Position numbers and translations under genes: made by a program | Virus record (IMG/VR): IMGVR_UViG_3300008448_000040 | Location: 1-64,000 of that record | Length of the DNA: 64,000 nucleotides | Direction: 5' to 3' (one strand) | Source: a virus | Shown here: piece after piece, positions 9,050 through 20,517 of the stretch | Layout: every line of letters starts with the position of its first letter | Numbering within the stretch: the stretch's first letter is position 1 | The notes under the pieces: model-generated | Seen by the model: the letters and a program-made list of their open reading frames with translations, nothing else | Databases searched by the model: none | Told to the model about the DNA's origin: nothing

Positions 9050-11853
9050 TTATTTTCTAGTTTTTTAATTCGTTGATCTTGTTTTTTGACCACCTCAACT
9101 AACATTGCAATCATCTGAATATAATTAATAGCCTTAAACTCTCCACTATTACTAACCATTTCAGGAATAATCTCCTCAACATCTTGAGCAACAAAACCAT
9201 ATTGAACAGAATCGCTTCCTTTGAAGTTATACTGTTTAGCTGAGAGGTTTAGTATTTTTTCTGGAATATCAATATTATTTATATTCTCCTTCAAAACTGC
9301 ATCAGATGTAGCATAGAAGTTTACTGCGTAAATATCACCAATACCATCACGACTTACTATGGTGCCAGGGGTTGCTGCAGTTGTTCCACTTGGTGGTGCA
9401 GCCCAGTAAGCATTGGCACCTGATCCAGCAGTATATAAAATATGTCCTGAAGTACCAGCAGCATTGTTTGCTAGCAACACTCCAGCAAGTCTACTATGAG
9501 TAGTATTTGCTATTAAGTAAGTTGAGGTAGTGTTGATAACATTTAATACTGGAGATGTAACAGCACTAGATGCTAATTCAGTATTTGAAGTTCCTGCACC
9601 AACTGAAATAGAACCAGATCTGACCACCACTCCGTTACCTGAAGTATGAAGTCCTGAATTATTTGCAACAAATGATGTACCAAAAGATACAGTTGTTGAG
9701 TTTGCTGAGAATCCAAACGGCATTCTAATGAATGAGGTGTTGGCGAAGAAATTCACACCCGAATCATTATTATCAAAACTTATTTCTCTGAATTTAGCTG
9801 TACCAGTGTGTTGAAGATCAGTAGAGTTTGCTATGAAATTGGACCCAATAGTAATCAATGCTGAATTGACACTGGTTGACATATTGGCAACAGTACCAGA
9901 CACTGTACCTGTAAAGTCAGCGGAATTTGCTGATATAACAAACCTTCCAGTGTTATTACCTAAAAGAATAGTATTAGATGTTGGAATGATTGCTGATGTA
10001 TTTGCAACAAACCCTGACGTTGAGAAGCTAGTAGCATTAATACTGCTGGTAAGAGTGATACTCGTTGCATTAATGTCTCCAGATACTTGAAGTGCTACTA
10101 AAGGAGCAGTGTTATTAATACCAATTCTATTATTAGTTGCATCTACGAAAAGTGTTCCAGAATCAAAATTAGTATTGCCTAAGATAGAATTCAAAACACC
10201 ATTTGTAGTCAAATTACCTGAAGCGCGTATACCAGCTGACGATATGATTCCAGAAGTATTTGAAACGAACTTAACTAACTTTGCAAATGTAACACCAGAT
10301 AAATTTGGACCTGTTGTGGACAAGGTTAAACTGGTGTCATTAGTTATGGACTGTACTGTAAAAATAGATGTACATCCTGTGAATACAATCTCGTCACCGG
10401 TAACCAATACTTGAGTGAAATTTGTACCACTACCTGTAACAGATGTTGTACCTGGTACTGTAGCTGTTCCAGATAATGTTATAGTATTATTAGTGGTGAG
10501 ATTTCTCGAGCTAATTGCATTATTAACAATAGCAGAATCAAGTATGTTCAAATTGGCTGTTACGTTAGCAAATGATCTTATTAATAAATTTGCAGAAACA
10601 TCAACGTCACCAGTTACTCTTAATGCTGAATCAGGTGCAGTATTATTGATACCTACTTTGTTACTGATTGAATCTACATACAAAACTCCGGAATCAATAT
10701 TGACATTTCCAGAAATAGTTTGTAAAGATCCACTTAGGGTTGCGTTTCCTTGAATATTTAAAGTACCATTACTCGTTATACCAGTCTTTGTGATAACTGT
10801 ATTTGTTTGACTGTTTCCTACCGTTACTCTCTCACTAGCTAAATTGAAAATAATATTAGCACCAAAGGCTACATTTCCTGTAGCAGAAAGTTCTCCAGTA
10901 ATAGTAGTATTTCCTAAAGCAGTTGCGTTAGAAACATTTAATGTATTTCCAAACAACTCAAATCTTTTAGACACACTTCCAATAACGGTACCATCTTGAG
11001 TAGTGTATATACCTGAAGCATTTGCAATCAAGTAATCAGAGCTTGTACCAATAGCTTGTACTGTGAATGATGACCCAATAAATCCACCATCGTCAGCATT
11101 GATTGTACCATTTGCATTGATACCATTAGTAATGTTAATAGTGTTGGCCCAAATTGACCATGTTGCAGTTGAGTTGCCTAGTCCACCTGTAGCACCTGTT
11201 GTATTTGATGTTGGCCTCAATCCTGTTGAGCTTGCTCCTCCACCAATTAGAACACCAGTATTAGAAATGTGAACATTAGAACCACTATTTCCAACATGTA
11301 CGTCATTAGCGCCTACAGTACCTATAACTCTTAACGATATATCAGGTGCAGTGTTATTTACTCCAACTCTATTATTGATAGCATCTACAAACAAAACTCC
11401 AGAATCAATACTTACATTTGCTGCACCAACAGTCAACGTATTAGCATTAGTTCCTGAATTTGTGTTAACAGTCAAAAGCGAATTAGTTAATGATGTGTTA
11501 CCATTTGCTGTCAGTGTACCTGATACATTTGAAAACCCTGTAATAGATGAGTTTCCAGATGAAAAAGCCTTTGCTACAGATAATGTATCATCAAGTGTAG
11601 CAACACCACCTACCTTCAAAGTATTAGCTACGTTTGCATCATATGCAAACAAGTCCCATCTTTTTAAAGTATTACCTAAATCATTTTTGTCGGCATTTGG
11701 AATTATGTCTGTTAAAGATGTCTGTGTATAAGTCAGTACTCCAGATGTGGAAAGGTTACCTTCAACGACCAGGTCACCTTTGATTCTGGTTTCATTTTCA
11801 CCACCGACCAGTGCTCCAAAAGGAATTTGAAAAGTTGTGTTTGCGTTAGCCAT
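9046..11853 (-). CDS. Tail fibre with C-terminal intramolecular chaperone (peptidase S74-like)
   Basis: N/T/S/G-rich beta repeats; C-terminal TSDAVLKENI...GFVAQDVEEIIPEMV...INY plus coiled coil. Confidence 0.85.
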   Translation of the reverse strand: MANANTTFQIPFGALVGGENETRIKGDLVVEGNLSTSGVLTYTQTSLTDIIPNADKNDLGNTLKRWDLFAYDANVANTLKVGGVATLDDTLSVAKAFSSGNSSITGFSNVSGTLTANGNTSLTNSLLTVNTNSGTNANTLTVGAANVSIDSGVLFVDAINNRVGVNNTAPDISLRVIGTVGANDVHVGNSGSNVHISNTGVLIGGGASSTGLRPTSNTTGATGGLGNSTATWSIWANTINITNGINANGTINADDGGFIGSSFTVQAIGTSSDYLIANASGIYTTQDGTVIGSVSKRFELFGNTLNVSNATALGNTTITGELSATGNVAFGANIIFNLASERVTVGNSQTNTVITKTGITSNGTLNIQGNATLSGSLQTISGNVNIDSGVLYVDSISNKVGINNTAPDSALRVTGDVDVSANLLIRSFANVTANLNILDSAIVNNAISSRNLTTNNTITLSGTATVPGTTSVTGSGTNFTQVLVTGDEIVFTGCTSIFTVQSITNDTSLTLSTTGPNLSGVTFAKLVKFVSNTSGIISSAGIRASGNLTTNGVLNSILGNTNFDSGTLFVDATNNRIGINNTAPLVALQVSGDINATSITLTSSINATSFSTSGFVANTSAIIPTSNTILLGNNTGRFVISANSADFTGTVSGTVANMSTSVNSALITIGSNFIANSTDLQHTGTAKFREISFDNNDSGVNFFANTSFIRMPFGFSANSTTVSFGTSFVANNSGLHTSGNGVVVRSGSISVGAGTSNTELASSAVTSPVLNVINTTSTYLIANTTHSRLAGVLLANNAAGTSGHILYTAGSGANAYWAAPPSGTTAATPGTIVSRDGIGDIYAVNFYATSDAVLKENINNIDIPEKILNLSAKQYNFKGSDSVQYGFVAQDVEEIIPEMVSNSGEFKAINYIQMIAMLVEVVKKQDQRIKKLENK

Positions 11854-11863
11854 TTAAAACCTA

Positions 11864-12994
11864 TTAGATTAATGTTGCCGACAATTTGACACCTGTGTTT
11901 ATGTTAGCTTGCTTTATGAAAATCTCGACATTAGCATTGTTAATAGAAGCAGTGGCTTGAAAAACATTTGCTGATCCAGCTGGAACTACAACAGTACCAT
12001 ATACAGATGTAACTGTATCTGTTCCATCATTTACGACAGTCATTTCTGATAACTGAGCTTTTGTTGAGGTGTTTGCAGAAATAAGTATTTTTGCTCCCCT
12101 GAACGTCTTAGGAAATCTCATCACTAAAAGATTAGAAGATGTATCAGATCCTAGATCTGTATTAGATGTAACAAAGGTTGTAACTGTGTTTATGACAAGG
12201 TTACCATTTAACAGAGAAAGATCTGCTCTATTAGAAACAGTTCCCAAATCAACATTTGCTCTCAAAGCCGTATTGGTTGTGACAGTTGTTCCTGAAGCGT
12301 TGATTGTGAATGTATTTGACACAAAGAATACATTACCAGTTACAAGCAGCTCTTTTTGCAAAACAGTGTTACCAGTTACAGTCAATGTATTCTGAGTTGC
12401 TACTGCACCAACCACTCCTAAGGTACCACCAACGTTGGCATTATTCTGTACATTTGCTGTTGAAGAGATGTCGACAGCACCTGTGACTCTTAAAGCAACA
12501 CCAGGAGCTGTATTATTGATACCAACTCTGTTATTAGTAGCATCTACAAATAATGTGCCTGAGTCGAAGTCAGTATTTCCGGAAATAGCGTGAACTGTTC
12601 CACTTATTGTCGTATTACCTGATACACTCAATGCTCCATTAGTATATAATCCAGAAAGGTTTGCTGTAGTTTGAAAGGAGCTGTTTGATAATTTAAGATC
12701 ACCTAAAGTTAGTACAACGGTATTCACTGTACTATTTCCTATTGATACATTACTAGTTATATTAAGTGGACCTGAACCAGCTACTGTGCCACCCCTCAAG
12801 GAGTTGACTGCAATAAGAGTGTTAGCTGAAAAGAAGCCGTTAACAAAAGTGTTGCCAGTGGTGACACCACCAGTTGAGTTGGCAGCTGATGTAACAATTA
12901 CAGTCGAATAAGCATCAAGAAGAATATTGGTTTTATCAACCCAATTTTGAAATGTGTCAGATGTTGTAGTAACATTAGCTGTAAAATTAGCCAT
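11864..12994 (-). CDS. Virion structural / fibre-like protein
   Basis: N-terminal DTFQNWVDKTN anchor-type motif; shares the DSGTLFVDATNNRVGINNTAP module with the neighbouring fibre. Confidence 0.65.
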   Translation of the reverse strand: MANFTANVTTTSDTFQNWVDKTNILLDAYSTVIVTSAANSTGGVTTGNTFVNGFFSANTLIAVNSLRGGTVAGSGPLNITSNVSIGNSTVNTVVLTLGDLKLSNSSFQTTANLSGLYTNGALSVSGNTTISGTVHAISGNTDFDSGTLFVDATNNRVGINNTAPGVALRVTGAVDISSTANVQNNANVGGTLGVVGAVATQNTLTVTGNTVLQKELLVTGNVFFVSNTFTINASGTTVTTNTALRANVDLGTVSNRADLSLLNGNLVINTVTTFVTSNTDLGSDTSSNLLVMRFPKTFRGAKILISANTSTKAQLSEMTVVNDGTDTVTSVYGTVVVPAGSANVFQATASINNANVEIFIKQANINTGVKLSATLI

Positions 12995-13220
12995 TATTAT
13001 CTCTTTGAATTAAAAGTTTTAATAGATCTTTGATCTCAGTCATCTCGTTTCGGAGGTCTGTGACCTGCTGCTCCAAATGCTTTTGTTTAAGTGACGCATC
13101 CCTTTTCATTTTATAATTTTCATAAGCAGCTGCGTCAGTATTTAGTACGGCATTTGTTCTCACATCCCTCTTGAAATTTTCAAGATTAGTTTTCTCTAGT
13201 ATAGGTTCCATATTATACAC
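12987..13220 (-). CDS. Small coiled-coil protein typical downstream of VrlC-like genes in T4-like phages
   Basis: RDxxTNAVLNTD...EIKDLLKLL pattern; synteny. Confidence 0.55.
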   Translation of the reverse strand: MYNMEPILEKTNLENFKRDVRTNAVLNTDAAAYENYKMKRDASLKQKHLEQQVTDLRNEMTEIKDLLKLLIQRDNNG

Positions 13221-16200
13221 TCAATGCTAAAGCTCTCACATCTTCCAAGACTGGAACTTTCAACTCATCACTAGACAATAAAACAATCTTGATAGCAAAT
13301 TGTTTATATGTCTTAAAGTATGCTCCGTTAGTGGAATTGTATCTAACGATACCATTATCAAGAGCATACTTGTAAGCAGCTTTAGGTACTGTTACCTTTT
13401 CTAATCCTAAGCCAGCGGAATTGAATACCGTTGACTGAGTAGTTGTAAAGTTTAGTCCATTAGATGCAACAGTTGAAACCGTAGCTATCTCATAATCTGT
13501 TAGAGTACTAGATTTAACAATCTTGACTAGATCGCCAGGAGCTAACTCATCTTCACCAGAAATAGAGTGACCAGTTTCACCTGAACCTGCTGACGTCAAG
13601 TTGATGGCAGATCCACCAATTTTATCAGTCAACTTAATATGAGTTGAATTGGCAAACTGAATGAAGTACGTTGAATTTGCAGTTAAACCAGTTACAGCTG
13701 TATTTCCTGATTGAACAAGATATGTTACTTTCTCTCCAACAGAAAACTTAGTATTTGCTGATGATATCGCAATTGTCTCATTAGTATTACTTACACCAGT
13801 ATCAGAATTGAAATTGTAAGTAAGAACAGCACCTGTTCCAGTAACTGTAGTGTTACCCGATGCAGTAATCGCAGTATCAATCACTTGAGACGGTGGTGTC
13901 TGACTAAAAGTATACTTGTATTCATACATATCATTCTCAGTGAGTGCAGTTGAAGTATAATCATCATTTATGACTACCATTTCAGACCAAGCACCATCTT
14001 CAAATTGATCAGGGTCAGCTGGATTTTTGATTCTTGTATAAACCTTTATTGATGATCCTGCAGGCTTATAAGCAGTCAAGAAAACTTGCATATCTTCTGA
14101 ATCCTGACCATCAGCCAAATCAATTCTCTTGGAAATATACTTAACTTCTGCATTTCCAAAGTTACCTTCCTCACCTGTTGCATCGTTGTTAATTAAGTTC
14201 TCTCCAATAAGGAACATCGATCTCATATCAAGTCTTGGACTGACTTTTGGTACTGGTGATGTTGATGAAAATGGAAATGAAGCTACCACTGATTTTGTAA
14301 TGGTACTTCCAGAAATTTCATTACTCTTACTCTTGATAACTCCCTCATAAGTCATTATATTGACAGATCTCATCAAGTAAGAAGTATTCGCAGCTGTTGC
14401 AGTAGTAGCAGCAATATTTGCACTTAACGAAATATTTGTTCTTGTTGGAGTCAAATATTGAATTTGTGGTGTCAAGTAATGAACTTTTCTATCAAGAACT
14501 TCAGCAATATCTCCTATAGAAAGAGACTCATCTCCAATAATAGTATTACCAGTTACAAATTTAAACGTATCATTTGCAGCGTTTGAAAAATCTACAATAA
14601 TACTGTCAGCTGGAATTGAAGGTTGACCGCTGATTACTCCGGAAACAACCTTCTGCATATTAGCAAATGTTGTCGAGCTAGTTTGCCTTGAAGGTTTCTT
14701 ATCAATTTCCAAAGATGTTGCACTAGCTCTTGATTTGACTTTTGCCACATCATAATCAACCGTCATCTCTCTCAATTCCTGTCCAGTAACTGTGCTGGAA
14801 ATAATACTGTCAAGAGTGAGCTGAGTATTGTTAGCTATACTGTCAACTCTTCTTATGTGAGTGTTTGCAATAACGACCCACTGACCTTCTGTAAGTTCTG
14901 TTGAGAATAATGTTCCGGAGCCTGTTACGGTAGCCGAACCAGAAGAAACAGAAACTGTACCAGTTGTTGTAGTTGTTGTGTGGGCATATACAATGAACGC
15001 ATAATCATCTGGATTAATACCAGAAGTAAAGTTTGTGCCAACACCAGTGATTGTGAAGCAATTATTTGTATTAAGTGTTGTTGATGTTGTAATAGTTCCA
15101 GCTAGATATGTGTTTGATATCTGAGCGATTCTTTCTCCAACATTAAAATCACCCTGCTGGTTAGTAATTTTCAAGAACTCTAAATCACCATTATTGAATC
15201 TTGCTGTTCCACCAGATGCAGTAAATGTAGCAACAAATACTTTCATGGTTAAGTCTTCGTTTTGAATTGGTGTCCAAGCAGTACCGTTTGTTGAATAGAA
15301 CAATGAACCACTACCCCAGTCATTAATTACAACTTGTCTGTATGGTTCACCAGATACTTGTGGTCTCAGATTTTCCTGGCCAGCAACTGCTGTCCAAACC
15401 AAATACTCAGGTGAGAACCCTTCAGGATGAAGCACGATAGCATATTCAAATCCTGTTGCAAGATATACCGGTTCTTTGAATTCAATCTCAGTAAATTCAA
15501 ACTGGCCATCTTCATCAGCTATATTAACTTGTGATGGTCTTAAGTTAGTAGTAGCTAGAACTGTTCTTCCAGGTACTCCATTCTCAGTTTCTCTGATTTG
15601 TACGTTGACACCAAATCTATTATCTTTACGTTTGAAGTATACGTGTACCTTAGTCAGGAATACACCCGATGTTGCCTGATCTTCACTTAGGTCAACTCTA
15701 AAGGTCTGTGCAACTGGAACACATCCTCTAGCAGTATTGAACTGGTGATATGTTGATCTTGTAAACTGACCTCTGTTCTCTGTAAGACCTTCAAATTGGT
15801 ATCTATCATTTTTCATGGTTATCAGAGACTTAGAACCTTCAAAGCTGTAAGCTCTGAACTTAGCAGTAGCCTCTGATGTAGTTGCATCAGCACTGTTAAT
15901 ATTATCAACATCAACAATTCTTATTTGAATTTCACCACAGAAAAATTGATTACCAGAATCTGTTCCTATTTCAATTTCACCAATCAAGACTCCATTTGTA
16001 TCATCTTCTACATTTTGTGAAGAGATGGCCACTGGAACCAATGGGTCACCTTTCACACCAATAGCAGTTAGGTTAGTGGCTTCGCCACTACTATCCAAGA
16101 TAACTCTATCACCTTGAGATGTATCATTGATCTTCATTGGTCTAGTGTAACTAGTCATGTCCTTCTCGTCAATGAAGACGAAGTGTCTAGCACCAGGACG

Positions 16201-19200
16201 AAGACCAACTGCTTGAAAATAAATTTTCTGTGGTCTTATGAAAGGTCTTAATGTCAGGTCATTAAGTACATTACCAAGAATTTGAGTATCAGTAGTTCTC
16301 GTTCCTTTTATTTGAGGGTAAGTAGAGGTAACATTGAGATCAGTTTGTACTTGCCATGTATTTGTTCTGCGTGATTGAGCAATAAGAACTGGAGCATGAA
16401 CTTTAGCAACCGATTCTGACACACTAAAATCACCAACTTTCAATCCAGCTGTAACATTAAACAATCTGTTCTTACCGTCTGCACTGCTACCTTGGAAACC
16501 AGCAACAAGTAGTTTGTTGTAGCTCCTTGCGATCGCATCAATAGCCTTACCATCACCCACATCAAACTGAACAAAGTTCTGTTCAATGTCGTAATAATTG
16601 TCAAATTCAGGTGTAAGATACAACTGCCCTCTGTAATGATACGTATCTTGAGCAAGGTTAACAAACTTTGTTGCCTGTGGTTGCTCGATGAATACAGGGT
16701 CAGAGTGAGTGTATCCTAGAATGATACTATCCCCCTTCTGAGTAACATTTGTTGAAGTATCGCTATTAAATTTCAGAGGAATTCTAGTTTCTAAAACATA
16801 TGGTCTGGCTTTGGAAGCTGTGAAATCAATGAGAATATTCAATTCAGGATCCAATGGATCACATAAATTATAATCATCAAATCCATCTGCAAAGAAACCA
16901 TTTTTGAATCGGTTTAGGTTTGGATCTAAATCACTCTTAACTAAAACTTCAGATGATTTCTTTTCCAACAAGTTCAAAATTGAAATGTATTCCAGTCTTT
17001 CTATTCTTCTTTCAATATCTTTGATATCCTGCATTGTATATCTTCTAGTCTGAAAGTCTTCGACAAGAGTAGCATACTGACCAGCTGCTGTATCGTATGC
17101 TTCTTTTGCAGGTAGTGAAGGAAATTCAGCTACATGGATATTAAATAATCTAGTTGAAGTATCAGGAACTAAGGGTGGTGATGGGTTGTTAGAAGGCTCA
17201 CCTTCAACAACCTCAAAGACTCCTAGAGCATCAACACAGATAGCATCAATTCTTTTCAAGTAAGATTCAATATCAGCTTCGAATAATGTATTAGGAACAG
17301 GAAAGAATTTATTACCAGAGAATACTTCTGTTTTGCTTATTTCTGAAACTGTATTAGCATTTCCAATAGATGTAGCCAGGACTGCGGTATTTGCAGCATA
17401 AGGTCTGAAATCAATGCTATCTCTGAGACTCATATATCTACCGTCTTTTCTCTTGAAAACTTTGATATTTTGAGTTCTTATTTTGTTACTAGGGAGAGAT
17501 GGCGTAGTATCATCAATCGGATACGATTCTGTGGTAACATACTTTCCTGGAGTTGATATTGTAAGTACATCAGCTACAACTGTAAGATTATCAGTTCCAG
17601 TGAGAGTGATAGGATTTTGAGGGTTGATGCTCAAATATCCAAGTCCATAATACGCATCACGTTGTCCATCATCAAGTTGGAAATTTGTTGATATATTTGT
17701 ACCTGTGGTGTTGTACGATGTGCCTGTTCCTCTGTACACCGCTTTAATTTTTTGAATGTCAGGAATACCTAGGCACCATGGTCCTTTTGGATTTGCTGAT
17801 ATTGCTGCACCATCAACTTTAATTAATACATTAGCGGTCAGAGATTTTGCAGTGAGAGTTGGCGCAGTAGTTTTTATATTACAAATAACATTAGCAGCTA
17901 CAGATGTATTCAAACCAACACCCAGACTAACATTAGCCTGATATTGATTTGTTGCGTCTATTTCAATGTTAGCACCCGTTCTATTTTGAAGAGTGAATGG
18001 AACATTTTTGGGGAATGCCAGGGCAATATTAGCATCAATAATTGCAGGGCTATTTGTTCCACTTAGATAAAGTACGGAATCAGAGTCGATTCTTGTAATT
18101 CTTCTGAACTCTGCATTTGCTTGAATAGTGTTAGAAAAACGAATATAATCACCAACATATAAACTGGATAAGAACGACGTACCTGTTCCTGTAACAACAT
18201 TACCACTGTACGAAGAAACTGAACCAGCTATATTTGCTGATGAGTATGAGTTTGCAGCTGGAATGACTATTAAATCAGTCTCTTGAAGACTATTAAGCAC
18301 TGTCCCTACACCATAAGGGAATGTATGCCCTGCACCATATTGAGTAACAGCATCAATTGCTCCTACACCACTCACTGAGAATGTAGTTGGTATGGTTCCT
18401 CTGAATTGATAAGAAGCACTTGATACATTTGAAACCGCATAGGTTCCTGATGAATAGATCAGTGCATCAAATGCTGGGTCCTTGAGCACAGCTTCTTTTG
18501 GACCCTTTGATGCTGATAGAAAGTGTCCTGTCTCACTTACTCCAGCAGTTAGGTTAACTGGAGTTGATCCTGTTGGAGAGGTTCTTAGAGAGATCGAGGT
18601 ACTATTTACAGAGTTAATATAATATCCAGTGCCGTTTTCCAAAGCACTCACCGCTGTGTTTCCAGCAGCTACTGTATACACAACATAGTCACCTTCTGTG
18701 AAATATGCCTTTGCATCTGAAATTGAAATTGTCTCACTCGTATCGTTTACATCACTTGAAGCATTGAAATTGACTGTGAATGATGTTATTCCTCTTGCCG
18801 GCTCTAAAACCAAATCAGCTGAACCAGTCCCTGATTTAAATATTGATCTTACTTGAGAGAAAGAAAATCCTGCCTGCATTTTAACATCAAACAGGTATGC
18901 TCTGTATTGACATTCTGGCGTTCCAATTGCACCACCATCATAAACAATAGATCTAAGTCTTGCGGTTCCAATCAAGGACCCAGTATTGTTAGGTGTTTGA
19001 CCATATCTGGCAGTAATACCATCAGAAGCTTTATTATACAAGTCAACGGTTACCGCTTCTTCGAAATTAAAATTACCAAGATACTCATTTACAATTACAT
19101 ACGATCCAAAATTAATAGACACATCTTGATCAATATCAATTTTTGTTTCTGTTGATTTTCTAATTGGTAATCTGATTGTATCTGTAACTTCAACTCTATG

Positions 19201-20505
19201 TCCTCTGATATAACCAAGGCCTGATGTTACAGCAGCAGTGATATGAGATGTAGAATTTACAGAGTTAGTTCCAACACCAATAAAATCATCAGTATAGACT
19301 CTGAAAGGAATGACGGAGAAGTTACCCATCATATCATCAGTTCTTCTAGCCATTTCTGTCTCAACAGAATTGAATTCTGTACGAGTTCTCTGTCTAGTCA
19401 CTCTTCCGTTTTCAAATTCTACCAGAGAGAAGAATCCTTCTTCAGATTTAGCATCAGCAATAGTTTTTACTACAAGATTAGCTGTTAGCTTAAGTCTATG
19501 CGCACCAGGAGCTGTATAATTACTATATCCTTGAGCTCCATCTAGTAGAGAAGGATCTACGTTATTATTGACAATAGATTCGTTTGTTGTAAATCCAAGA
19601 GCAAGACCATTTGGTAGAGGGGAATATTTTTCCACAATAATTTCTTGTGGATCAACTCTGACAAAATGTCCTTTTTGGAAAATAACACCTTCTGTGACTT
19701 TAGCAGCATATCCCCTACCAATATTAGTAGCCCCACCTGTTTCAAACTGGCTGTTAGCTACAGTTAATTTAGCATAATAGTTTTTAGCAATAAATGCTGC
19801 GCCTGAACCAATGCCAGAAGTACCACCAGAGGTGTTTGTGATTGCAACTGTAGGAGCAGTTACGTAACCTGATCCTTGTGAGGTTAGTACAATAGATCTA
19901 ATCGTACCATTCGAATATGTGACTACGTTTGCAACAGCACCAGTACCATCTCCACCAGTAATACTTACTAGATGTGAGTTATCATAACCAGTACCTCCTG
20001 ATGTAACCGCAATAGATACCAACTTGTAATTTATATCGTATGACGTTAGAACATCATTCAATGCAAATGTTTTCTTTTCGGACCCACTTGAATCACCAGT
20101 GTTCAAATACTTAACGTAAAGTGTGTTAAGATCTGGGGACTGTGATTGTAAGCCAGTGACGGAATTGACGCAGATCGACTGCAGTCCAGAGGCATCGTGA
20201 ACAATGTATGTATTAACATAAGCAGCAACATCTGCAGGGCTACCAACAGGATCTGCTAAAAGATCTAGAACTTTTACATAAAAATATTTGTCGTCATATG
20301 TGAAAGAGCACCCTCTGATAACACTACCTTCTCTAAAAATATTCTGTCCAAATCTTTCTACTTGATTTTGAAGAATATCCTGAAGCTGAGTTAACTCTCT
20401 TGCCTGTACAGGAACAGCAGGTCTGAATAATACCCTATGAAAATTCTTATCTTCATTGTAATCATCGTAATAAGGATCGATGTTTAAATCTGTCTCAAGA
20501 GCCAT
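13213..20505 (-). CDS. Large virion structural protein (VrlC/DUF4815-like)
   Basis: N-terminal LNIDPYYDDY...FHRVLFRPAVPVQARELTQLQ, NYTAPGAHR and RFKNGFFADGF motifs; 2430 aa. Confidence 0.85.
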   Translation of the reverse strand: MALETDLNIDPYYDDYNEDKNFHRVLFRPAVPVQARELTQLQDILQNQVERFGQNIFREGSVIRGCSFTYDDKYFYVKVLDLLADPVGSPADVAAYVNTYIVHDASGLQSICVNSVTGLQSQSPDLNTLYVKYLNTGDSSGSEKKTFALNDVLTSYDINYKLVSIAVTSGGTGYDNSHLVSITGGDGTGAVANVVTYSNGTIRSIVLTSQGSGYVTAPTVAITNTSGGTSGIGSGAAFIAKNYYAKLTVANSQFETGGATNIGRGYAAKVTEGVIFQKGHFVRVDPQEIIVEKYSPLPNGLALGFTTNESIVNNNVDPSLLDGAQGYSNYTAPGAHRLKLTANLVVKTIADAKSEEGFFSLVEFENGRVTRQRTRTEFNSVETEMARRTDDMMGNFSVIPFRVYTDDFIGVGTNSVNSTSHITAAVTSGLGYIRGHRVEVTDTIRLPIRKSTETKIDIDQDVSINFGSYVIVNEYLGNFNFEEAVTVDLYNKASDGITARYGQTPNNTGSLIGTARLRSIVYDGGAIGTPECQYRAYLFDVKMQAGFSFSQVRSIFKSGTGSADLVLEPARGITSFTVNFNASSDVNDTSETISISDAKAYFTEGDYVVYTVAAGNTAVSALENGTGYYINSVNSTSISLRTSPTGSTPVNLTAGVSETGHFLSASKGPKEAVLKDPAFDALIYSSGTYAVSNVSSASYQFRGTIPTTFSVSGVGAIDAVTQYGAGHTFPYGVGTVLNSLQETDLIVIPAANSYSSANIAGSVSSYSGNVVTGTGTSFLSSLYVGDYIRFSNTIQANAEFRRITRIDSDSVLYLSGTNSPAIIDANIALAFPKNVPFTLQNRTGANIEIDATNQYQANVSLGVGLNTSVAANVICNIKTTAPTLTAKSLTANVLIKVDGAAISANPKGPWCLGIPDIQKIKAVYRGTGTSYNTTGTNISTNFQLDDGQRDAYYGLGYLSINPQNPITLTGTDNLTVVADVLTISTPGKYVTTESYPIDDTTPSLPSNKIRTQNIKVFKRKDGRYMSLRDSIDFRPYAANTAVLATSIGNANTVSEISKTEVFSGNKFFPVPNTLFEADIESYLKRIDAICVDALGVFEVVEGEPSNNPSPPLVPDTSTRLFNIHVAEFPSLPAKEAYDTAAGQYATLVEDFQTRRYTMQDIKDIERRIERLEYISILNLLEKKSSEVLVKSDLDPNLNRFKNGFFADGFDDYNLCDPLDPELNILIDFTASKARPYVLETRIPLKFNSDTSTNVTQKGDSIILGYTHSDPVFIEQPQATKFVNLAQDTYHYRGQLYLTPEFDNYYDIEQNFVQFDVGDGKAIDAIARSYNKLLVAGFQGSSADGKNRLFNVTAGLKVGDFSVSESVAKVHAPVLIAQSRRTNTWQVQTDLNVTSTYPQIKGTRTTDTQILGNVLNDLTLRPFIRPQKIYFQAVGLRPGARHFVFIDEKDMTSYTRPMKINDTSQGDRVILDSSGEATNLTAIGVKGDPLVPVAISSQNVEDDTNGVLIGEIEIGTDSGNQFFCGEIQIRIVDVDNINSADATTSEATAKFRAYSFEGSKSLITMKNDRYQFEGLTENRGQFTRSTYHQFNTARGCVPVAQTFRVDLSEDQATSGVFLTKVHVYFKRKDNRFGVNVQIRETENGVPGRTVLATTNLRPSQVNIADEDGQFEFTEIEFKEPVYLATGFEYAIVLHPEGFSPEYLVWTAVAGQENLRPQVSGEPYRQVVINDWGSGSLFYSTNGTAWTPIQNEDLTMKVFVATFTASGGTARFNNGDLEFLKITNQQGDFNVGERIAQISNTYLAGTITTSTTLNTNNCFTITGVGTNFTSGINPDDYAFIVYAHTTTTTTGTVSVSSGSATVTGSGTLFSTELTEGQWVVIANTHIRRVDSIANNTQLTLDSIISSTVTGQELREMTVDYDVAKVKSRASATSLEIDKKPSRQTSSTTFANMQKVVSGVISGQPSIPADSIIVDFSNAANDTFKFVTGNTIIGDESLSIGDIAEVLDRKVHYLTPQIQYLTPTRTNISLSANIAATTATAANTSYLMRSVNIMTYEGVIKSKSNEISGSTITKSVVASFPFSSTSPVPKVSPRLDMRSMFLIGENLINNDATGEEGNFGNAEVKYISKRIDLADGQDSEDMQVFLTAYKPAGSSIKVYTRIKNPADPDQFEDGAWSEMVVINDDYTSTALTENDMYEYKYTFSQTPPSQVIDTAITASGNTTVTGTGAVLTYNFNSDTGVSNTNETIAISSANTKFSVGEKVTYLVQSGNTAVTGLTANSTYFIQFANSTHIKLTDKIGGSAINLTSAGSGETGHSISGEDELAPGDLVKIVKSSTLTDYEIATVSTVASNGLNFTTTQSTVFNSAGLGLEKVTVPKAAYKYALDNGIVRYNSTNGAYFKTYKQFAIKIVLLSSDELKVPVLEDVRALALSV

Positions 20506-20517
20506 TTGTTCCTCTAA